A stretch of 64,000 bases of DNA from the human T2T-CHM13v2.0 reference genome, Homo sapiens. A model generated the notes under the pieces. The model made no database searches. It was not told the origin of the DNA and saw only the letters and a program-made list of their open reading frames with translations. This document shows, in pieces, positions 54,310-64,000 of this stretch. Every line of letters begins with the position of its first letter. Position 1 is the first letter of the stretch. Location of the stretch: assembly GCF_009914755.1 (NCBI RefSeq), contig NC_060942.1. One strand, given 5' to 3'. Position numbers and translations under genes: made by a program.

Positions 54310-54910
54310 TGCTATGGTTTGATTGTATCCCCTCCAAAATTCAGGTGTTGCCAATGTGATGGTACTATTTGAATAACCCTTATTTAAAATACTTGGGACC
54401 AGAAGTGTTTCAGATTTCAGATTTTTTTCCAGTTTCTGAGTATTTGCATTATTGGTTGAACATCCCTAACCCAAAAATTTGAAGTCCAAAGTGCTCCGCT
54501 CAGCATTTCCTGTGAGCATTCTGTTGGAGCTCAAAATGTTTTGGCTTTTGGAGCATTTCAGTTTTCAGATTTTCAGATTGGGGATGCCTGTATTAAGAGG
54601 TGGAACTTTTAAGAGGTGATTAGGCCATAAGGACTCTTCCCTCAGGAATGTGATTAAGGCCCTTGTATAAGACAATTCACACAGGCTTCAGCTCTCTTGC
54701 CCTTCCCCCCTCCAAAATGTGAGGGCACAGTGTCTCTCCCTTTTTGGAGGACACAACACCAAAGTACCATCTTGGAAGCAGACACTGGGCCCTTACCAGC
54801 TGGCACCTTGATCTTGGACTTCATAGTCCCCAGAACTATGATTTCTGTTCTTTATAAGTTACCTAGCCTAAAGTATTTTGTTATAGCAGCACAAAGAGCC
54901 TAAGACACCG
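54310..54910 (+). mobile_element. MaLR LTR (MLT1A/MSTD-like) interrupted by a Tigger4-like DNA transposon (~54362-54590)
   Basis: TGCTATGGTTTGA start, GCTGGCACCTTGATCTTGGACTTC, end CTAAGACA; insert CTTGGGACCAGAAGTGTTTCAGATTTCAG. Confidence 0.75.
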
Positions 54911-55114
54911 TGTTTATTTAATTTTTCATTTTGAACTAGTTTTAGCCTTTCAAAGAAGTTAGAAAAAATAGTACATAGAGCTCTTTACCAAACTTCTCTT
55001 AATGTTAACCACTTACATGACCATAGTGCAATTATCAAAATCAGGAAAAGAACACTGATAGAAATACATTTTAGTTTTATCCAACCTGTAACAGCTTCTC
55101 AGTCTTTCTTTGCT

Positions 55115-55860
55115 GTAGTAGTTTTCTAGAGCTGCTGTAACAAGTAACAACAAACAGCGTGGCTTAAAACAACAAGAATTTATTGTCTCACAGTTCTAGA
55201 GGCCAGAAGTCCAAACTCAAAATGTTGGCAGAGCTGTGCTGTCTCTGAAATCTGCAGAGAATTCTTCCTTGCCTCTTCAAAGCTTCCTGGGCTTGCAGCT
55301 ACATCACTCCAGTCTCTGCCTCTGTTGTCACAGGGCAGTCTCCCTGTGTGTCTTTGCCTTCGCATGGCTATCTTTTTATAAAGACACTAGCCATATTGGA
55401 CTAGAGGCCACCCTAACCAGCATGATATCATCTTTTAAAATCAATATGTATTTATACATATGTATATGTATGCATCTAATTTTTAATGTAACAAGAAATT
55501 TACCATCTTAATTTTTCAGCGTACAGTTCAGTAGTGTTAAGTATATTTACATGCTAGCAAAACAGATTTCCAGGACTTTGTCATCTTGCAAATCTGAACT
55601 CTATACCCATTAAACAACAACTCGCCTTTACCCCCTCCCCTCAGCCCCTGGTAACCTCCGTTTTCCTGTTTCCATAAATTTGACTACTTCAGTTGCACAT
55701 AAGTGGAATCATGTAGTATCTGTTTTTTTGTGACATGTATGACTCTGTCTTGATGAATTACATCTGCAGCAGGCCTACTTCCGAATAAGGTCACACACCG
55801 AGTTACTAGGGGTTAGAATGTGTTTATCTGTTTTGGGGGATCACAATTCAACTTACCACA
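55115..55860 (-). mobile_element. MLT1C-like LTR, antisense, with an L1MB fragment inserted (~55480-55735)
   Basis: GTGGCTTAAAACAACAAGAATTTATTGTCTCACAGTTCTAGAGGCCAGAAGTCC; resumes at TTCCGAATAAGGTCACA. Confidence 0.75.
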
Positions 55861-58800
55861 CTTGTCTTTCACGACTGACATTTTTGAAGAGTACTGATCA
55901 GTTATTTTGAGAATATCCCTCAATTTGGATTTGCCTGATGTTTTTCTTGTGATTGAAATGGGATTATGCATTTTTGGTAAGAATATTATAGAAATGATAT
56001 TGCGTTCCTCTCAGCGCGTTACATCTAGGAGTTTATGTTGTCGACACATTATATTCTGTGGCCCATTTTTGATAAACAAAAAGTTTCACACAATCCACTG
56101 GTGGGGGTGGGTGAGGTAATCTCATGGTAGCATGAAAAAGGCTGAGAGGGGAAGAACACTGGAACTTGGAAAACTACATATGATGTTGTTGCTGATGATA
56201 ATAAAGGCTGGTGATGATGAAAAACAGGATTTAACTAGAAATGGAAAGGAGAGAATGGTGTCAATACGCTACACAGTCCACATCCCCCAGGAACACACCT
56301 ATGCGGTTGAATCAGTTGGGCTTATTACTCCTTCCAGCAAGAGAAAACATATTCCATGGGAAACCATGGGCCATCTCACTAAGAGGGTGTTAGAAAAAAC
56401 CTATTAGAGGACTTGGGCTTTGGTTGGGTGACTTTGGGGAGAGTCTAAGGAACTGGGGATAATTCTATGATTGGGTATCTCAAGCACTTCTACAGGAAGG
56501 GCAGACCAGAGTAGAGATAAAGGTATGATTTGCAAAGCAGCAGCAGTTACTCATTTTAGTGGGAGGATGACATTTGGTATTTTATGGGTTTCACAGTGAT
56601 TTCTGTTTTTGTCTTATGCTGTCATGGTCTCAGAGCGACCTTGTTTGGTGTTGATGTTCTGTGAGATTACGTCCAAGGGATCAACACAGCTCAGCTAGGA
56701 GAGAGCCAGATTAGCTTGTAATAACATTGAGGCCACTTCTCAGATACCAGGATGTTTAAATATTTCCTTCTTTTCCTTGATGTCTATAGGGGTATTTAGA
56801 ATAGAAAATCAGCAGATGAGTGATGATAGCTTTGTTGTGGGCTGTGAGAGAATTAGAGGAGTCTAGGAAGCCTCAGGCTTCCGTCCTGGCTAACCGTGTG
56901 AATGGATGAGAGAGTAACTGAGCTCAGGGATATGGGCAGAAGAACAGATTTGCAGTCACAGATAATGAGTCCAATTTTAGCCACACTGAGCCTGGGGTAA
57001 TCAGGCCAGTTTCCAATCTCATAGCTTCGAAGCTGGCACTGTATGCACACACACAACCTGAAAACAAAAACCACTAATATTGAGATATCTTCTGAAAACA
57101 AAAATCACAAAGCCTAATCACAAATCACAAATACCTCCTGAAACATTTTGATAGCACCTGTCAAACAAGAAAATTTAGAGTATTTATGCCTCCAACCGCA
57201 TTTTGAGCTACAGCAGAGGCAGCACTTCCTAAGACTGTTTATTTCCCACCCAAACACTTAGTTTTACAGCCAATTCCTTCCTCTGACTTCACACTTCATA
57301 GAACACACCCCTCCCTGAGCCCCATTACATCTTCTTACTGCCTTTCAAAATGGAAATAAGCTTAGAATCAATTCCATTTTCCTGGCTCCCCATTCTCTCT
57401 GGGTTAGAACTGCCCCAGTTAATTTAAAGCCAAGGCAGATGGTAATTCATCTTTGGCAATCAATGCAAGTGCCGAAGGAGAGGCGGGTCACACGCAGGCT
57501 TTCTTAAATCAACACTTGTGTGGAGCTTCCCTCCAGGCTCAGCAGTCACCTACCTGCTGTTGCTGCCATTACTTTCACTCCCCAGGAGGGGGAGGGTGGT
57601 GGAACTGGGTATAATGCCTGGTGTGGAAGCGCAGTAACAGGCTTCAGGAGAGAATGCTGAGACTGACCTCAGAGCCTGGGCTGCTGCCTGAAGGACTTGT
57701 GCTGAGCTCAATGAACACTACTCTTGGCTTCATTAGGAAAGTGTATTTGGAAAAGATATAGGAATATATTTCTAAGTCTCTGGAGGACAGTGCCTAGCAC
57801 ACAGTCCGTGCTCAATAAATATTTGAGCAGGATGGAGCAGCATTCTTGGAAGGAAGGAATGAGAGGTTTGACTCTAGGTAGGCAAATAGCTCTCATCTAA
57901 ACCCTTCCTGAGCCCATGGGCTTTATGAGGGTGTTGTTTTTCCTCTTGCTCAGATGTGAGAAATGGCATCACGACCCACCAGTATATGAGAAATTGACCA
58001 TTTTGTTGGGAAACACTAGAAAACTACCAGCTCTTGTGGGTAACCTTGTTCAAATATCGACTGGCAGTTTCTGCATCTGTGGATTGATTTCAACAACTTA
58101 GTTATTCGGAATATTTAAAAATAGAACCAGTCTATTTAAAGTGTCCTTCTGACTAGGGCCAGAATCAAAACAACAAGGGTTGCCTCTTTCAAAACAACAA
58201 CCAAAACCTGCTAAGAAGGTGTTGATTGAGGGAGTTGAAAGACAGACACCCTCTGCTCTTCTAGGCCTCTTCACAGAGCAGCAGCGAGGGATGGGAGAAC
58301 TGCCTGGATCCAGGCATTGCTAGGGTAGTTGGGGCCTGCACAGGGAATGGGGGTCCTACATGGGGATTTGGGACCCTCACAGAGAGTCAGCGCCTTGCCT
58401 GGGATTCGTCTGTAAAAAGGTAAACACAAAAAAAGGGAAATTCACAAATGCTCCATAATGGACATTATAGCTACAACACCAGCATCCATCCCATTCATTC
58501 TTCTCCCACAGAGTAGGAATGAAAATGATCTCAGCCATAGCTCCATGAGGAGGGGAGTGGGAGTGAGGAACTCATTGGTCTAAATCAGTGAAGTCTCATC
58601 ATCTTTGCCATGCACTTGGTTTAGGGACGGCAGGGATCTAAAATGGCCCAATCACAGGGAAACCCAGGGCTTCTCTTTTATGAATAGATAAAAACGTGGT
58701 AAGTCCCCGGGCAAAGGCAGCCCTGGCAGGTGCTGGCAGCCATCCTAGGACTGCGAGGGGAGCCATCCTCGGGAGAGGGGGCAGTTCCAGGAAGGGAGAA

Positions 58801-60052
58801 AGTCAGTCTTGATGACACTGCTGAGTGGCTGAAGCACTATTTCTGGAATGTTCACCACATTAACTAAAGAGTTTCCTTTTTAAAGTGAGTTTGATTCAAT
58901 TATTTCGTTATTTATGACCAAGACTGTCTTAACTGATACAGCTATAAAAATATTCATCATCTTCTCTGCGGTAAGATAAAAGGAAATACAAAGAAATCAG
59001 TAATGGATCCAAAATAGGCTTTCTCCTCACACATAATGTTAAATTGAAAGAGTCAATCCTATGATATATTGAGAATAAAATTGTCAGAATTTTTTCAACG
59101 GTAATTATTTTATTATACTCTTCTTGAAAATAATTTAATGTTAAAGAAATTAAAATTATAGTAACCCATGGTTTTGCCAAAGTAGAATTTTTTTTATTAA
59201 TAGATTATAAAAAATGTTTAAAGTTGCAATCATAACTGTGAGATTATTTTTTATGCTTTAATGATTTTATCATAACCAATTTCCCATGTTTCTCGTACTC
59301 TTTACAATCATTTTCATTTTTTGAAAAAATTACCATCTTGTTTATATACTATAATTAGACCACCCCCGTAATGTGATACATACTTAGTTTCAACTTAGTT
59401 TTTTGTATTTGTAATTAGTGCTGCAATTAACAGATTTACGAAGCATAAAGCTCTTTCCTTCTGTTGAATTTGAATTATTAAGTGAATGACCTAACATTTC
59501 TAGGAGTATATAACTCCTACACTAAGCAAGGCCTTGGGTATCAAACTACTTGGGAAGAATTCTTGGCTCCATTCTCGCAAATAGTACTATCTTGTTATTG
59601 TCTTGTACAGATTACATAAGCTTTCTTTCCTTGTTTGTTTTTTCTTTTTCCATTTGTAAAATGGGAATAATCATAGCACCTACTCCAGAGAGTTACTTTA
59701 GAAACCAGTTGTCATAATACATGTCAAGGGACTTAAAACAATGTATGGTACATAATAAGCTCTCAAGAGCTCTATTACTGTTTGGAGTAATATTAGCATA
59801 TGAACACATTAATATAATAAGTTCTATGGCATTACGGCCTTACCAGTGCTGCTTATTGATAATATTTTGTCATTTTAACAGACATACCATTATATCTCAT
59901 AATTATCTTAACTTTCATTTAATTATTGAAGGTGGTCATTTCTCCATGTCTTTTATTTTTTGTGTGTATTGTCTATGTCCTTTAATGGACGATTTTATAA
60001 AGTATGTCTAATAGTCCAAAGGGACTGGGACTTGTTAATTTGTATAGGTATG

Positions 60053-60440
60053 TGTATTAGTTTCCTATTGTTACCGTAACAAGTTACCACAAATTCAGTA
60101 GCTTAAAGCAACACAAAATGGTCATCTTACACCTCTGGAGGTGTAATTTTAGACTTCTGACCAGAAGTCTAAAATTAAAGTGTTGGCAGGGCTGTGTTCA
60201 TTCTGGATGCTTTAGGGAGAATCAATATCCCTGCCTTTTCCAGCTTCTAGAGGCAACTTACATTCCTTGGTTTATGACCCCTTCTTATAGGAACCCTTGT
60301 AATTATATTGGGTCACCTAAAAAATCCAAGATTATCTCCCCAGTTCATGATCCTTAATTTAATCACATATACAAAATCCCTTTAATCATGTAAGGTAACG
60401 TATTCACAGGTTCTGAGAATTCGAATGTGGACAGCTCTGA
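60053..60440 (-). mobile_element. MLT1D-like LTR, antisense
   Basis: TGTATTAGTTTCCTATTG...ATGTAAGGTAACGTATTCACAGGTTCTG. Confidence 0.75.
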
Positions 60441-60583
60441 GGGGCAATTATTCAGCCTACAATGGCATAGATGTATTGATTCATTCAACCTACATTAATT
60501 GAGCACCTACTCTGTTCCAGGTGCTGGAGCTATAAAGGTATATGGAGACACACAGCCTGTTGGCAAGGAACACTCTCAGCAAT

Positions 60584-60855
60584 GGAAAGAAGGAATGGAA
60601 GGAAGGAAGGAAGGAAAAAAAGAGAGAAAGGGAAGGAAGGGAGGGAGGGAGGGAGGGAGGGAAGGGAGAGAAAGGAGTGAAGGGAGGAAGGGAGCGATGG
60701 GAGGGAAGGGAAGGAAGGGAGGAAGGGATTAAAGAAAGAAAAAGAAAGAGAAAGGTGGGGGAGGGAGGGAAAAAGGAAAGAAGGGAGAGAGAGGAAAGAG
60801 AAAGGAAGGAGGAAGAGTGGAAGACAGAGAGGAAAGGAGGGAGGGAGGAGGAAAG
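60584..60855. repeat. GA-rich polypurine low-complexity tract (GGAA/GGGA)
   Basis: ~270 nt of almost pure A/G; explains ORFs 60490-60936, 60499-60732 and 60542-60889. Confidence 0.95.
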
Positions 60856-62764
60856 CATTGCCATGGAAATACTTAAAATGCTATGGTAGCATAATAGAAA
60901 AATGTGTTCTAATTCCTGCGGGCCTGGAGGCTTCACAGAGGAGGGGACAATTGTGTTAGTTCTTAAAAACTAAGTAGGAGGCACCAGGCAAATAACTAGG
61001 AAAAAGCCATTCCTGGAGCGAAGAAACTGCAGAGGGACTAAGATTTGAAACAAAACGGCAATATTCAGAGAAAGGTGAGCCAATTCGGTTTAGTTAGAGG
61101 CTCGGGTATTTCCTAGCGAATGGCAGAAGACTGAAGGGCTGTGCTAAGAAATTAAAGAGCTTGTGTGTCATGGGGAAGCTGGTGAAGGTTAAGAAGGGTG
61201 ATGATCAGATCTGATCGATGCTTTCTCAAGTGCAGTCTTGTGGCTGGGGGAGACTGAATGAGTGGAGCCGAAGGGCTGTTACAATCGCCCAGTGAAGGGG
61301 TGGTAAATTTCCCTTATATTTCTTCTGGTTTTTACTAATATCTAATAAAAAGTAAGGGAAATAAACTAGACGACTTTAAAGTTCCCTTCTTGATCTGTGA
61401 TTTCATGATTTCTACTCAGTTTGTTCCCCCAGTGAGATTAGTAATTAAGATACTTTAGCTTCTGGGCCTGGAGGGAAAAAGTTACATTTACTCCCAGGAA
61501 ATGACTTTTAAAAGAAGTTTTTAGATAAGTAGCTACTAAAAATCATTATTAAAAAATTACTCCATCATTTCCCCCAATGAGTCCTAATATGCATTTGGAT
61601 AGCTTTTATTTCCTTATAAAAATATACTATAAAATTAATGCCATATTCTTTTCACTTAGAAGCAATGAAGCCCTTCAGGCTGCGGACAGAAAGGTCAATG
61701 CGTGTGTGTGTTGAAAACTTTAATGCCCCTCAGCCCCCTACATGGCTTCAAAGTGCTCCACTGTGTGGGTAAACAGAGTTTATTCAACCAGTCCTCGCTG
61801 GATAAACATTCAGGTGCTTCCAATCTTTTGCTAAACAATGCGTCCATCAACTTGAACATTTGTTGTTTCATATCTATAGAGATGTTTCTTTAGGGTACAT
61901 GCCTGAAAGAAGATTTCTGGGACAAAAGGTAAATGCTTTAGTAATTTTGTTGGATGTTGCCAACTTTCCCTCCACAGAGGTGGTGACGATACCAGGCAAT
62001 GTATGACCAGCAATGTATGACAATACCAGACTCTCCACAGCCTCATCAACAGTGTTCATGAAACATTTGGATTTTTGCCAATCTGACAGGTCAGAATTGA
62101 TACTTGCAAGTAATTCAAATCTGCATCTCTCTTACTGTAAGTGGAGTTGGTCATCTTTCATACAGGACCATTAACCTCTTTTTAAAATAAATTTTTAATT
62201 GAGATGATTGTGGATTCACATGCAGTTGTAAGAAATAATAGAGAGAGATCCTGGACACCCTTTACCTAGTCCCCCTCCTCATGGCAACATCTTGCCAAAT
62301 TATAGTAAGATGTCACAACCACACTATCGACATTGATACAGTCAAGATACAGAATAGATCCTGACCTTTCTTTTTATGACATTTTTATGTGAGTTGAATA
62401 AGATGGGGAAATTCCATCTACTCTTCCCAGTAATGACAAAAAAAAAAAAAAAAAAAACCTACACCCTGTACAAAACGCATAAGTAACCTACCAGAAGACT
62501 CTGAAAGGTGCAGTGAAGAAGCACACTGACTAGGAACATATGAACTGGAGGAACCCAGCTGTGAGCAACTTGAGTTTCTTCCGGCCTCCTTCACATCCCA
62601 GCCTGGGTGCCAGAGACATCTATCACTTAATAGAACAGCCACACCCCAGAAATGCCAATAAGGCAGATTTTTAAAAATCCCCCAAGAAAAACATGCTGTA
62701 AGTATAAGGACTTAAAACATGTTCTAAGAACTTAAAAAAGAGCAGCCCCTTTTTAAAATATATA

Positions 62765-63203
62765 CATATTTTAAGTTATAGAATACATGTGCAGAACGTG
62801 CAGGTTTGTTACATAGGTATAACTGTGCCATGGTGGTTTGCTGCACCTATCAACCTGTCATCTAGGTTTTAAGCCCTGCATGCATTAGGTATTTGTTCTA
62901 ATGCTCTCCCTTCCTCTCATCCCCCAACCCCACCCCCCAACAGGCCCAAGTGTGTGTTGTTCCCCTCCCTGTGTCCATGTGTTCTCATTGTTCAACTTCC
63001 ACTGCAGTGTTTAGTTTTCTGTTCCTCTGTTAGTTTGCTGAGAATGGTTTCCAGCTTCATCCTTGTCCCTGCAAAGGACATGAACTCACTCTGTTTTATG
63101 GCTGCGTAGTATTCCATGGTATATATGTGCCACATATTCTTTATCCAATCTATCACTGATGGGCACCTGGGTTGCTTCCAAGTCTTTGCTATTGTGAATA
63201 GTG
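62765..63203 (-). mobile_element. L1PA 3' end, antisense
   Basis: ATACATGTGCAGAACGTGCAGGTTTGTTACATAGGTAT; GCTATTGTGAATAGTG; homologous to 31360-32155. Confidence 0.88.
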
Positions 63204-64000
63204 AAGAGCATCCCTTTTATCCATACCTGTCTGCTCTCCAGAGGGGCACCAGCAAAGAAGCTATGCCCCTCGTCTGCCCCAACCAGCACTGCTGTGGACA
63301 ATCTGTTTCCCATCCTCACTCACACCCTCTCTGCGGTAACCAGACGAGGCCCCTCCCTTACACAGCCTAAGGTAGAACTCTGGAAGCTTTCCTTCTTTTA
63401 TGGGACTTGTCCAAGACTTTTGCCCAATTTTCCATCAGGTTTACAAGTAGGCTGTAAAATTTTAGAGGAAAAGGGGGTTGGCCCTTTTGAGAAGCCCATG
63501 GCAAGCAGCTCCCTTTCTTGGTTATGGGCTGCTTGGAAAAAATTGTATCTAATTTACCCCCATTCCCCCAGCACTAAGCACAATGCTGAGACATGGTGTG
63601 TTAATAAATGACAAAAAATTATTGGTGTTAGAGAGAATAAAGACAAGGCTACCCGAGTTGCTAAACAGGCTAAAAGACTGCATAATTACCCTATGCAAAA
63701 TGACATTCATACCAAGGGCAAGGGAAAAAGAGTATAATAAAAGGGGAATCTAGTTACCATAGTGACCCTGTTCTGCTGAAACAAAAACACTCAACAGGAT
63801 TTAACGAAGAATTAATAACCATCATGATTGTTCCTGATTCTGACAAAGACGGTGGTGGAAGAGAAGGGAGAAGGAAAAGCAGGCAACAGAGGGGTGGAAA
63901 GCGGGGGAGAACTGTGTCAAGAACATCTAATAATCCTTGGAAATTAACTAGATACATTGCTAAAACTACCTCAGATGAAAATTACGCTCCAGAGATAAAT

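Noticed and set aside
60490-60936. 148-aa and 115-aa low-complexity ORFs
   Set aside because: Artefacts of a stop-free GA-rich tract
63232-63252. CTCF-like CTCCAGAGGGGCACC
   Set aside because: Core spacing is off by one base; much weaker than the site at 10486-10504

Overview
Mammalian genomic DNA, recognisably the human transthyretin (TTR) locus. The only protein-coding gene I can support is TTR on the + strand: 4 exons, CDS 38417-38485, 39410-39540, 41634-41769 and 45082-45189, giving a 147-aa precursor. It has a TATA box, a hepatocyte HNF4/HNF1/FOXA proximal promoter and a polyA signal. The common variant codons (G6, V30, T119, V122) are wild type. The remaining ~57 kb is intergenic or intronic and rich in Alu, L1, L2/MIR, MaLR/ERV LTR and DNA-transposon remnants, which explains nearly all other ORFs in the track. 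I found no prokaryote-type systems, tRNA, rRNA or CRISPR. The most interesting unexplained signal is a CpG-retaining MST LTR ~35 kb upstream. It has a TATA-like box, an intact splice donor and a 12-codon phase-0 ORF that would fuse in frame to TTR exon 2, giving a TTR without a signal peptide. Other leads are a latent splice acceptor directly before the TTR ATG, a compact HNF4/CEBP/FOXA cluster at -4.2 kb, inverted Alus around exon 3, a strong CTCF motif beside a G-quadruplex, and template-switch scars inside an L1 and an AluY. Repeat subfamily names and boundaries are from pattern recall, not RepeatMasker, and are approximate unless TSDs are cited.
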